Shown: positions 8,542 to 17,881, counted from the stretch's first letter. The stretch is DNA of 37,175 bases from Bacteroidota bacterium (GCA_003245695.1 QKCK01000063.1:1-37175), one strand, 5' to 3'. A program made the numbers and translations. The notes: generated by a model from the sequence alone, not told the origin.

Positions 8542-9288
8542 ATGAGATTCAAGGGGAAAGTTGTTATAATAACAGGATCTGGTCATGGTATAGGTGCCTC
8601 TATTGCCATGGCTTATGCCTCCGAAGGAGCGTCTGTTATTATTGCAGAGAAGGATCAGGAGCTAGGATCGGAGACGGAGAAGATCATAGTAACAGAGGGG
8701 TTCAAAGCAACACATATACTTACAGATGTAAGTAATCCGGATGACATTAAGGCTTTGGTAAGCAAGAGTGTATCTCTTTTTGGAAGGGTTGACATACTCG
8801 TAAACAATGCCGGCATTTCGCTCATGAAGTCACCCTATGAGCTCACTGTTGATGAGTGGGATACTGTTTTAAACACTAATCTCAGAGGCATGTTTTTATG
8901 TTCACGTGAGGTAGCAATGGTGATGAGAGATCACGGTGGAGGATCAATAGTCAACATTGCTTCAACGAGGGCATTCATGTCTGAGCCCGGGTCTGAAGCT
9001 TATGCAGCTTCAAAAGGGGGTGTCGTTGCTCTTACCCATGCTCTGGCAGCCTCACTTGCAGCAGATAACATAAGGGTGAACTGTATAAGTCCCGGATGGA
9101 TAGAGACAGGAGATTATGGCGTCTTAAGGGAGGCTGACCATAAGCAGCACTTCTCCGGGCGTGTAGGCAGACCCGGCGATATAGCACAGGCATGCCTTTT
9201 TCTTACATCTGAGGGTAATGAGTTTATCAATGGAGAGAATATAGTCATTGACGGAGGCATGACCCGTAAGATGATCTATGAGCCATAG
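8542..9288 (+). CDS. Classical short-chain dehydrogenase/reductase
   Basis: TGSGHGIG, NNAG, S..YAASK, NCISPG and IDGG motifs. Confidence 0.93.
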   Translation: MRFKGKVVIITGSGHGIGASIAMAYASEGASVIIAEKDQELGSETEKIIVTEGFKATHILTDVSNPDDIKALVSKSVSLFGRVDILVNNAGISLMKSPYELTVDEWDTVLNTNLRGMFLCSREVAMVMRDHGGGSIVNIASTRAFMSEPGSEAYAASKGGVVALTHALAASLAADNIRVNCISPGWIETGDYGVLREADHKQHFSGRVGRPGDIAQACLFLTSEGNEFINGENIVIDGGMTRKMIYEP

Positions 9289-9396
9289 TATATTGATATA
9301 TTCTTGTTTTGAGGGATCAAAAACAGTATTGAAACTGAATCAGTAATTATTTTTAGTATCTTCATTTTTAAAGTTATACATTGAATATCTTTAAAG

Positions 9397-10662
9397 ATGA
9401 AAGAGCTCCGTCATTACCCCCCGTATCGTTTTATTGTGCTTGCAGTCTTCATGCTTATAACAATTGCCATTGAGATACAGTGGCTGTCGCATGCTGCTGT
9501 TGCCAGGCCGGCGGAGGTCTTTTATGCAGGTCAGTTCAACCCTGCCTCTTTCCTGAATATTGATTTCATGGCAATGGTTTATATGCTGGCTTTCCTTGTG
9601 ATGAGTTTCCCGGCCTCATATGTGATTGACACCTATGGCATAAGACAGGGACTGGGTATAGGTGCTGCACTGCTTGGTGTCTTCAGTATCATCAAGATGC
9701 TCTATGCCTCAAGTTTTACAGGGGTCATCATAGCTCAGACAGGGTTGGCAATTGCGCAGCCTTTTATCTTAAATGCTGTTACAGCTCTTACTGTTAGATG
9801 GTTTCCTCTTAATGAAAGAGCTATGGCAGCCGGTCTGTCTGCCCTGGCACAGTATGTAGGCATTGTAATAGCCATGCTTGTAACACCTCTGCTGGTTGGC
9901 TCTGACCCCTCCTCACCTGATTATGGCTCCGGCTTTGAACACATGCTGCTTATCTATTCCATATTAAGTGTCGGGAGTGTTTTGCTGTTTTTCATTTTTA
10001 TGCGTGAGACACCTAAAGGAGTCCCCTTTGATGTGAGCGCGAGAACACCTTTCATGAAAGGGATGAGACTGATACTCTCTCATCGTGATATGAAGATAAC
10101 TATATTCCTTTTTCTCATAGGACTGGGTATCTTTAATGCTGTAAGCTCAATGACAGACTCAATAGCAGAGCGCCTTGGGGTGAGGGACTCCGACGGACTT
10201 ATCGGTGGTCTGATGCTTATCGGTGGTATAGCAGGAGCTATAATAATACCTCTCTTATCTGACTATTACCAAAAACGCAGGCTATTTCTTATTATATGCC
10301 TTGCCGGCATGGTACCAGGTGTTGCGGGGCTTACCTTTGCGCCTGTGATGGCACATCAGCCTGAGACAGTATATACTGTTGCCCTTGTGTCCTCTTTTAT
10401 ACTCGGTTTCTTTGTTATGAGTGCCGGGCCGATAGGGTTTCAGTATGCTGCTGAAGTCAGTTACCCTGCTCCCGAGTCAGCTTCGCAGGGGATATTGTTA
10501 TGGATAGGCCAGCTGACAGGGATGGTTTTTGTTGCAGGTATGAGTATAGATAACAATCATTACCTGGGGAAGATTATGATACTCTTTTCAGTGCTAAGTA
10601 TTGTTTCATTAATTGCAGTCTTTTCACTGCGTGAGAGTCCGCTTATGAAGACAAAGGGATAG
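9397..10662 (+). CDS. MFS transporter, FLVCR/SLC49-like
   Basis: About 12 TM segments; AQPFILN..RWFP.NER and GFQYAAEVSYP..ES.SQG segments resemble FLVCR-family sequences. Confidence 0.85.
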   Translation: MKELRHYPPYRFIVLAVFMLITIAIEIQWLSHAAVARPAEVFYAGQFNPASFLNIDFMAMVYMLAFLVMSFPASYVIDTYGIRQGLGIGAALLGVFSIIKMLYASSFTGVIIAQTGLAIAQPFILNAVTALTVRWFPLNERAMAAGLSALAQYVGIVIAMLVTPLLVGSDPSSPDYGSGFEHMLLIYSILSVGSVLLFFIFMRETPKGVPFDVSARTPFMKGMRLILSHRDMKITIFLFLIGLGIFNAVSSMTDSIAERLGVRDSDGLIGGLMLIGGIAGAIIIPLLSDYYQKRRLFLIICLAGMVPGVAGLTFAPVMAHQPETVYTVALVSSFILGFFVMSAGPIGFQYAAEVSYPAPESASQGILLWIGQLTGMVFVAGMSIDNNHYLGKIMILFSVLSIVSLIAVFSLRESPLMKTKG

Positions 10663-10679
10663 GGCAGAGGTAATGCCTG

Positions 10680-12050
10680 TCAGAAGGTATAGCCAAAACC
10701 GACATAGAGAGCATTATTACCTGCTCCGGCATTAATGGAGTGTGCCCAGTCAAGTCCTATTACAGTGTTTTCATTCATAACCAGTTTGCCTCCCAGACCA
10801 TATGATGAGTACCATTTACTGTCTGTATTGCTGAAGTATTTCTGTTGTTCAACAGGTGTTAATGAAGAGAGGTCCATTTCTATCGGCTTGATGAGGTAAC
10901 CGGTATGAAAAAGAGGGACAGCTCCAAGATACCAGTTCTGTTTTATGAATCTGAATCTGACGAGTTTTGCTCTCAGCTCGAAATTGGCCATTACGAATTG
11001 TCGGGCCATAATACGGTTCTGATGTATCCCCCACAATGTACCTGTACCACCAAAGCCCTCAGTGCCGTCAGCCAGTACCTGCCTGGTATAGAAAGGCAAT
11101 GACCCGAAGCAGGCATCATAACGCAACCGATATGCAAATGAGAGCTTTTCAGATACCAGGGTGATATAATGCCGGTGAGTGATGGCTATCTGCAGGGCAT
11201 TGTCATTGTTACCAAGAAAAGAAGGGGTATAACGTAAGGTGAAGTCTGTCCATATACCCTTCATCGGGTTTGTGAGACGATCACGTGTGTCATATACCAA
11301 TGCTCCTCTTAGGGCATTAGCCCACCCACCATCTTTTTCATTACTGCCAATGATGCCCCATGCGATATACTGATCATATAATGTTGGCACATCAGGTGCT
11401 ATATCGGTATCATCAACACCCTTGTTCAGTTTTTCAAAGTCGACCCTTGATGTATTGTAATGTGCTATATCAGCCCCTGCCTGCCAGTTGATAAAGGTAC
11501 CGGGGATAGTGTCCTGGATGAAAACAGCAATACGTGCCACCCTCTGCTCATAGTTGTAGAATGGTGCTGTGATATAGCTTGCAGAGCTGCTCTCATGGTA
11601 ATCTGAGTCGTATATGGTCTGATAACCATTGTAGCCGTAGAAGGGATAGAGAGTTGATCTGGTATATGATACTTTTGCCGATAGCAGAAACCTGCCATAA
11701 TCGAGATACTCAAGGCCGAAGTTTGTCTTGCCCTTTGTCCCATGCGCCGCAGCTATGGTAAGCGAACGGTAGAAATTTGGATAGAGTCTGCCGTCGCCAT
11801 AATCAAAGATTGTTGAATAGATCCCCAGGTACAGACCTATGAACGGATCTATCTGGAACTCAGGCAGAGGGGCCAGGTTATACCCTGTCTTGGCTATATA
11901 TTTGTCAGACATGAAGAGTGAGGTGTCGGAAGCTTCCCTGCCTGCCCTGAGAGTGTCAGTCTGCCCTGCAACAGTGGCTGTCAGCATCAGCATCATAAGA
12001 GAGAGTATTGTTGTAATCTTCTCTTTTTGACGGCGGATTTCTATATGCAT
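10680..12050 (-). CDS. Omp85/BamA-TamA-like outer-membrane beta-barrel without POTRA domains
   Basis: Signal peptide, YDTRD..NP.KG, ANFELR and C-terminal beta-signal LYVGFGYTF; 456 aa leaves no room for POTRA domains. Confidence 0.8.
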   Translation of the reverse strand: MHIEIRRQKEKITTILSLMMLMLTATVAGQTDTLRAGREASDTSLFMSDKYIAKTGYNLAPLPEFQIDPFIGLYLGIYSTIFDYGDGRLYPNFYRSLTIAAAHGTKGKTNFGLEYLDYGRFLLSAKVSYTRSTLYPFYGYNGYQTIYDSDYHESSSASYITAPFYNYEQRVARIAVFIQDTIPGTFINWQAGADIAHYNTSRVDFEKLNKGVDDTDIAPDVPTLYDQYIAWGIIGSNEKDGGWANALRGALVYDTRDRLTNPMKGIWTDFTLRYTPSFLGNNDNALQIAITHRHYITLVSEKLSFAYRLRYDACFGSLPFYTRQVLADGTEGFGGTGTLWGIHQNRIMARQFVMANFELRAKLVRFRFIKQNWYLGAVPLFHTGYLIKPIEMDLSSLTPVEQQKYFSNTDSKWYSSYGLGGKLVMNENTVIGLDWAHSINAGAGNNALYVGFGYTF

Positions 12051-12060
12051 AGTACATGTA

Positions 12061-12726
12061 TTAGTGTCTGTTCGATTTATCCCGGGCTGAATATTTTTTC
12101 AGATATACCTGATGCATCAGGTAAGCTTCAACGCCGTTGATGTTTTTAGCGCCACCAAGAAACTCTGCCTCAATGAAAGCTTTACAGGCTTTCTCGAGTA
12201 CCTGGGCAACGACAAACGCCTCTTCCATATCGCGGCCGATGCATACTGCACCATGATTAGCCATCAGTGCAGCCATCCTTCCCTTGAGAGCCTTCAGGGT
12301 CCCTTTTACTATCTTCCCTGTCGAAGGCAGGGCGTAAGGTGCAACACGTACAGAAGGCCCTATGATCTGAGCCATATCATCGAGGACAGGAGGCACCTCC
12401 CTTCTTGCTGCCGCACATGTTGAGGCATTCATCTGATGCGTGTGTATGACAGCATTTATCTCCCTGCGCGTTCGATATATCTCTGAATGAAGCCTGTGTT
12501 CAGATGAAGGTTTTATCTCTCCTGTATATTCAGAACTGTTTATATCAACCAGTACTATGTCCTCAGGAGACAAGCCATCATATTTTCTGCCACTGGGTGT
12601 TATCAGCATATGATCTTCATCTGCCCTTATACTTACATTACCCCATGTGCGAGCCACAAGACCTTCGTTAAGCAGCATGAGGCCTGCTTCAATAACCTGT
12701 TTTCTCTTTTCATCAAGTGATTCCAT
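12061..12726 (-). CDS. Class II aldolase/adducin family protein (fuculose-1-phosphate aldolase-like)
   Basis: WGNVS, ITPSG, KPSSE..H, IHTH and NHG Zn-binding motifs. Confidence 0.92.
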   Translation of the reverse strand: MESLDEKRKQVIEAGLMLLNEGLVARTWGNVSIRADEDHMLITPSGRKYDGLSPEDIVLVDINSSEYTGEIKPSSEHRLHSEIYRTRREINAVIHTHQMNASTCAAARREVPPVLDDMAQIIGPSVRVAPYALPSTGKIVKGTLKALKGRMAALMANHGAVCIGRDMEEAFVVAQVLEKACKAFIEAEFLGGAKNINGVEAYLMHQVYLKKYSARDKSNRH

Positions 12727-12727
12727 A

Positions 12728-14260
12728 TTACGAGCTGAACCGTTTTGTATTAATATTCTTATATGTCTGTCGGAGGTTTACATACAGCTCTTTGTATGTT
12801 TTGTAGAGTGAACTGAATATCTCCTGCTTGTCGGCTTGTGGTTCAAACACCTTCCTGATATGTATCATTTTGTTTACCTCTGAGAAGCTGCTGAAGGTAC
12901 CGTTGCCAACGAAGGCGCAGACGGAGGCTCCTATTGCTCCGGCCATTGTCGGCTCTGTGATGGTCTCAATACGTTTGCCTGTGATATTGGCAATGCCCTG
13001 CATCCATTTTTCATTGACAGAGCCGCCACCGATGGCACGCAGGGTGTCAACAGTGAATCCGAAGTCTCTTTCGTAGTTCTCAAGTATCCAATGCAGGTTA
13101 TATCCTATACCTTCAAGCATGGCTTTGATCATGTGACCGCGTTTATGCTCCAGGCTGAGATTGAAGAGTGTACCGCGCGTTGTGGTGGTGCTTACCGGAC
13201 ATCGCTCTCCCAGAAGCCATGGTGTAAAGATCAGATGGTCAGAGCCATCAGGTATGCCTTCTGTCTCTGAGTCAATGAAGTTGTAGATGTTTTCAATCTT
13301 TGGATCTTCTTTCTCAAGCTTATAAAAGTTATCAATCATCCAGTCGAAGTTTGAGCCGGCTGACTCTGTTATTCCTACGAGGAGGTTTAGATCAGGGTCG
13401 GCACTCTGAAGGAAGAAAGCACCGTTTTTATGTTTCAGTATCTTTTGTGTTGCCAGTCCGGCCCAGGCTGATGTGCCAAGATAGATGTGTGCCCTTCCGT
13501 CGCTGTTGGCTCCTGAGCCCATGGCTGCACTCTGTGTGTCATCACAGCCGCCGAAAACGGGTATCTGCCCCGGCAGATTCATCGCAGCAGCGGCCTCAGA
13601 GGTAAGGGTGCCGATGACATCTGTTGAACGTACCAGTGGAGGCAGCTTACGCATATCTATACCTGCTGCCTTGAAGACAGTGCGTTCCCAGTCTTTTCGC
13701 TTAAGGTTAAAGCCATAGGAGCAGGCACCTGTCCATTCAAACACCTTTTTGCCTGTAGCCCTGAACTTAAGATATCCGTTGACATCAAGGAGAGTGTCGG
13801 TATTATTATATACTTCAGGACAGTGTTGTTTCAGCCAGCTTAATTTTGGTATTACATCCTTACCTGTTATCTCAACCCCTATCAGACTCCTGAACACCTT
13901 TTTCCCTCCAAGCATTCTCATCAGTCTCTGGGCTTGTTCTTCTGCTCTGCCATCAACCCAGGTGATATTTGGATAGAGGATATTACCACCGGCATCAAGA
14001 GGGATAATGCCCATTGACTGTGTAGAGAAGACAATGCCTGTGATGTGGGCAGTGTATCTGATATCCGTGGCAATGATCTGTCGTGTGTTTTCAATCACGC
14101 TGTTCCAGTAGTCTTCGGGGTTCTGTTCAACCCATCCGGGCTTGGGATACCTGAAAGGGTATGAGGTGGTATGGCTGGCCACCACTACACCACGGTCACT
14201 TACCAGGGCGCTCTTGACGGAGCTGGTGCCTACATCATGTGCCAGAACGTATCTATCCAT
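12728..14260 (-). CDS. FGGY-family carbohydrate kinase (xylulokinase-like)
   Basis: HDVGTSSVK, WVEQNP, W.DGRA, YLGTS, PWLLGERCP, LEG and GGGS motifs. Confidence 0.92.
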   Translation of the reverse strand: MDRYVLAHDVGTSSVKSALVSDRGVVVASHTTSYPFRYPKPGWVEQNPEDYWNSVIENTRQIIATDIRYTAHITGIVFSTQSMGIIPLDAGGNILYPNITWVDGRAEEQAQRLMRMLGGKKVFRSLIGVEITGKDVIPKLSWLKQHCPEVYNNTDTLLDVNGYLKFRATGKKVFEWTGACSYGFNLKRKDWERTVFKAAGIDMRKLPPLVRSTDVIGTLTSEAAAAMNLPGQIPVFGGCDDTQSAAMGSGANSDGRAHIYLGTSAWAGLATQKILKHKNGAFFLQSADPDLNLLVGITESAGSNFDWMIDNFYKLEKEDPKIENIYNFIDSETEGIPDGSDHLIFTPWLLGERCPVSTTTTRGTLFNLSLEHKRGHMIKAMLEGIGYNLHWILENYERDFGFTVDTLRAIGGGSVNEKWMQGIANITGKRIETITEPTMAGAIGASVCAFVGNGTFSSFSEVNKMIHIRKVFEPQADKQEIFSSLYKTYKELYVNLRQTYKNINTKRFSS

Positions 14261-14266
14261 GGGTAG

Positions 14267-15736
14267 TCAGTTTACTCCTTCGATATTCTGAAAGACTCTT
14301 TCAAAACGTGCCAGTGCATCATCAATGACTTCGTCAGTGTCAGCGGCGCTTGTATACATACGGCTTCCTGCCAGGGTGACAATTCCTTCGGCCATGTATG
14401 CTGCCCCCATCTCTTCCATCATATGTTTTCTGACCTTGACCTCTTTCAGGGCGTGGGGCAGTGTCCAGGGACGTCTCATGTTTATCCTGACAAACATGGT
14501 GGCTGATGTCTCCAGGTGGCATATAGACCCCTGGTTGTATGCCACGAAGGGAAGGTTGTATTTAATGATCAGTTCCTGTAATCCTTTTGTTAGTCTGTCG
14601 CCGGCACGGCCTGCCCTGGCACAGGCATCACTCTTCTCAATCTCAAGCAGGGTATGAAAGCCTGCTGCAGAGCTCAGGGGGTTGGCTGACATGGTCCCCC
14701 CGACCATGGCACGTTTGCTGGCCCCCTGTAGCCCTGCTGCCAGGCATGACATATACTCTTTTTTACCTCCCAGGCCTCCTGCTGCCGGATAGCCTCCTGC
14801 CACTACCTTACCGAAGATTGTCAGGTCAGGCATGACATTGTAATATCCCTGTGCACCTGAAAGCCCTATCCTGAAAGCAGTGACCACCTCATCGAAGATA
14901 AGCAGCGCCCCGTAACGTGTGCATAACTCACGTACCCTGGCGTTGTAGTCAAAGTCAACAGGACGCGTACCACTCTCAGGCCCTACTGGCTCCAGAATCA
15001 CTGCCGCGGTGCCGCCCAGCAGCCTGTTACGCCTCAGCCTCCTCTCCAGCGCCTTTATGTCATTGGGATAGACCTCCTGCGTGTGTCTTGTGCATCCACG
15101 CGGTATGCCATGTGCATCAAACCTGCCAGTGCCCGGAACACGCATACCATAAACCATCTGGTCACTCCAGCCATGGTATGCTCCCCCGACCTTGATAATC
15201 TTCTTCCTGCCGGTGACGAGCCTGGCAACCCTGATAGATGCCATAACTGCTTCAGTGCCACTGCCCAGCATGCGAAATAACTCAACCGAAGGGATATGAT
15301 TACAGATGAACTCTGCTATCTTATACTCATACTCATGAAAGAGGCCTGTGGAAGGACCACATTCATTGATGACCTCTATGGCCTTCTCCCTTACAACCTG
15401 ATGATTACTGCCGAGGACCGTGGGACCACCAGCCTGAATGAAGTCAATATACCTGTTGCCATCAAGGTCATAAAGATATGCCCCCTCAGCTTTGGTAAAT
15501 ACAAGAGGGAAGGGGTAATTGAAAGCAAGGTTGTGCTGTACTCCTCCCGGAATAAAATTCATGGCTGTGGATATCATCTCTTTTGACTTTGTACACCTGC
15601 TCTCAAAATATTCAAGGTAATGCTTCATCTTCTCACTGGTGACAGGACGGACAGGCATTCCGACGAGACTGTCAAGCCTTTGGTATATTTCGTCAACATT
15701 GTGATACTCAGAGATGGAAAAACCGGTTTTAGTCAT
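14267..15736 (-). CDS. Class III PLP-dependent aminotransferase, HemL/GSA-aminomutase-like but divergent
   Basis: DLDGNRYID, SGTEA, YHG, ILEPV, LIFDEVVTAFR and DLTIFGK (PLP lysine); HemL PGGVNSPVR is replaced by PGGVQHNLA. Confidence 0.9.
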   Translation of the reverse strand: MTKTGFSISEYHNVDEIYQRLDSLVGMPVRPVTSEKMKHYLEYFESRCTKSKEMISTAMNFIPGGVQHNLAFNYPFPLVFTKAEGAYLYDLDGNRYIDFIQAGGPTVLGSNHQVVREKAIEVINECGPSTGLFHEYEYKIAEFICNHIPSVELFRMLGSGTEAVMASIRVARLVTGRKKIIKVGGAYHGWSDQMVYGMRVPGTGRFDAHGIPRGCTRHTQEVYPNDIKALERRLRRNRLLGGTAAVILEPVGPESGTRPVDFDYNARVRELCTRYGALLIFDEVVTAFRIGLSGAQGYYNVMPDLTIFGKVVAGGYPAAGGLGGKKEYMSCLAAGLQGASKRAMVGGTMSANPLSSAAGFHTLLEIEKSDACARAGRAGDRLTKGLQELIIKYNLPFVAYNQGSICHLETSATMFVRINMRRPWTLPHALKEVKVRKHMMEEMGAAYMAEGIVTLAGSRMYTSAADTDEVIDDALARFERVFQNIEGVN

Positions 15737-15746
15737 AAAGCTTGTA

Positions 15747-17129
15747 TTATATGTTTCTGTTCAGTAAGCGTTTAAAAAGTCTTAGTGTCTTATATTGCCC
15801 TTTATATGGCGGATACCTGAAGGGGAGGTCAGGGTTGAGCTTATAGTGAACACCCTTAAGGTTACTGAAGGTATTGAACGAAGCCTCCCCGTGATATTTA
15901 CCCATACCACTGTTACCGACACCGCCAAAGGGCAGGTTCTTGTTTACATAATTGAGCATAGAGTCATTGATGCAAACGTTGCCTGATGATGTGTGTCTTA
16001 TGTATTGCTCCTGTTCTTTGCGTACGGAGGAAAAAATATATACCACCAGGGGCTTCTCACGTGAGTTGATAAATGAGATGACATCCTCACTATTCTTATA
16101 GGTTATAACAGGTAAAACAGGGCCGAAGATCTCATCCTGCATAACAGGCAACTCTGTGTTGTGAGGCACTATCAGCGTTGGCGATAACTGCAGGTTATCA
16201 GCCGAGTAGTCTCCACCATAGATGATATCCCCCTGTTTGAGATAGTCAATAAGTCTGGTGAAGTGATTCCTGTTTATTATCCTGGTGTAATCAAACCTGC
16301 TGTTACTTATGAACTGTTCAGTATGTGACTTAAAAGCATCGCAGAATGCCTTGAAGTCATTGTCATGGACCATGACATAGTCAGGGGCCACGCACGACTG
16401 TCCCGCATTGAAGAACTTGCCCCAGGCGATGCTCTTTGCGGCCTTTTCTATATTGTAGTTTTCTGTAATGATTACAGGACATTTACCTCCCAGTTCAAGC
16501 GTCACCGGTGTAAGGTTGGCAGCAGCCATCTTCATCACCTCCCTGCCTACCGAAACACTGCCTGTGAAAAAGATATAGTCAAAGCGCAACTGTAACAACT
16601 CCCTGGCTGTCTCAACGCCGCCCTCACAGACACATACATATTCATCATAAAAGACCTCGCCAAGAAGATCCCTGATAAGAGCCGAAGTGTGAGGAGTGAA
16701 TTCTGATGGTTTCAGCATAACTGTATTGCCAGCAGCGATGGCACCTATCAGAGGAGACATACAAAGATCAATGGGATAATTCCAGGGCGCAATAATCAGC
16801 ACCTGCCCATAAGGCTCAGGGACAACAGATGCCTTCGAAGGGAAAATCATCAGTGGCGACCTCACACGCCTCTTTCTGTTCCATTGCTTTACATTAGCAA
16901 TAGCAGTATCCAGCTCATGAAGCATACCCATGTATTCTCCCAGAAATGATTCCTGTACAGGTTTACTCAGATCTCTTCTTAGTGCTTTGTATATGCTTAT
17001 CTCATTCTCGTGAAGCACTCTTTTCAAATCCTTTAGTGCCTTTAGCCTGAAATCAATGTCAAGCGTCCGGCCTGTTCTAAAGAACTTTTTTTGTTGTGCG
17101 TGTATTTCGTTTAACTGAATCATGATCAT
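15747..17129 (-). CDS. NAD(P)-dependent aldehyde dehydrogenase, ALDH3/fatty-aldehyde dehydrogenase type
   Basis: EPYG.VLII.PWNYP, AGN..LKPSE, FFTGS, LELGGK, GKF.NAGQSCVAPDY, EIFGP and PFGGVG.SG.G.YHG; start moved to ATG 17129 because the longer ORF overlaps tetR. Confidence 0.93.
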   Translation of the reverse strand: MIMIQLNEIHAQQKKFFRTGRTLDIDFRLKALKDLKRVLHENEISIYKALRRDLSKPVQESFLGEYMGMLHELDTAIANVKQWNRKRRVRSPLMIFPSKASVVPEPYGQVLIIAPWNYPIDLCMSPLIGAIAAGNTVMLKPSEFTPHTSALIRDLLGEVFYDEYVCVCEGGVETARELLQLRFDYIFFTGSVSVGREVMKMAAANLTPVTLELGGKCPVIITENYNIEKAAKSIAWGKFFNAGQSCVAPDYVMVHDNDFKAFCDAFKSHTEQFISNSRFDYTRIINRNHFTRLIDYLKQGDIIYGGDYSADNLQLSPTLIVPHNTELPVMQDEIFGPVLPVITYKNSEDVISFINSREKPLVVYIFSSVRKEQEQYIRHTSSGNVCINDSMLNYVNKNLPFGGVGNSGMGKYHGEASFNTFSNLKGVHYKLNPDLPFRYPPYKGQYKTLRLFKRLLNRNI

Positions 17130-17141
17130 TTTTGATAAAAT

Positions 17142-17172
17142 CAAATGTAGTAATATATGTAAATAAAACAAA
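17142..17172 (-). promoter_or_regulatory. Promoter of the ALDH-aminotransferase operon
   Basis: Minus-strand TTTG (17169-17172), 19-nt spacer, TACATTTG (17142-17149). Confidence 0.65.
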
Positions 17173-17186
17173 TAACCGATATTAAA

Positions 17187-17207
17187 AAAATGACCAATAG
17201 TCAGTTT
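17187..17207. promoter_or_regulatory. Putative TetR operator
   Basis: AAAaTGAC-caata-GTCAgTTT inverted repeat between the divergent promoters. Confidence 0.5.
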
Positions 17208-17227
17208 AATTATATGGGTTAAATTAT

Positions 17228-17235
17228 TACATTTG
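17228..17235 (+). promoter_or_regulatory. -7 box (TACATTTG) of tetR
   Basis: Matches TAnnTTTG 16 nt upstream of ATG 17252. Confidence 0.55.
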
Positions 17236-17251
17236 TAACTGACAAGTACAA

Positions 17252-17881
17252 ATGGGAATAGCAGAACGAAAGGAGAGAGAGAAGCAGAGGCGCAGGGAGG
17301 AGATCCTTGATGCAGCTGAAGAGATATTCTTTGACGCCAACGGAGAGAAAGGGACAATGGATGATGTGGCTGAGAGGGTTGAGCTCAGTAAGGGGACACT
17401 TTATCTTTATTACCGTAACAAGAATGATTTATTATATGCTATAGCTGAGAAGGGTGTAGGGTTATTACTTGAATATTTTGCAGGGGTTATCAGGGAGGGG
17501 CTTTCAGGCCGTAATCAGTTATCTGATATAGGTGATGAGTTTGTAAGGTTTGTGGAGGATTATCCGAAGCATTTTGAGCTGATTCTTCGTTTTGAGCTTG
17601 CTGGTTATCAGTCGCCTGATGGAGGTGACAGGTTGTTGATGGAGCCTGCTTTAGCATTTCTGCGTGAGGTGCTTGTTCGCGGGCAGAAGGATGGCTCTAT
17701 CAGGGATGATATTACAGAGGATGAGATTGTGATTATTTTATGGTCTCAGATGATAGGGCTGATGCAGAGTATTCTGCGTAAGGAGCGATATATAGATTTT
17801 TACGGTGTGGAGCTGAAGAGGGTAATAAAGGGGCACTATCGCATCATAATGAAGGGCATTGAGCCTAAGTCAACGGAATAG
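17252..17881 (+). CDS. TetR/AcrR family transcriptional regulator
   Basis: RREEILDAA..F..TMDDVA..ELSKGTLYLYY..K.DL helix-turn-helix. Confidence 0.95.
   Translation: MGIAERKEREKQRRREEILDAAEEIFFDANGEKGTMDDVAERVELSKGTLYLYYRNKNDLLYAIAEKGVGLLLEYFAGVIREGLSGRNQLSDIGDEFVRFVEDYPKHFELILRFELAGYQSPDGGDRLLMEPALAFLREVLVRGQKDGSIRDDITEDEIVIILWSQMIGLMQSILRKERYIDFYGVELKRVIKGHYRIIMKGIEPKSTE

Noticed and set aside
12061-15736. Assigning hemL, xylB and fucA symbols
   Set aside because: HemL substrate motifs are altered and no isomerase or heme genes are nearby, so substrates are unresolved
17130-17357. 76-aa N-terminal extension of the ALDH ORF
   Set aside because: It overlaps tetR and the AT-rich divergent promoters; ALDH similarity begins near ATG 17129
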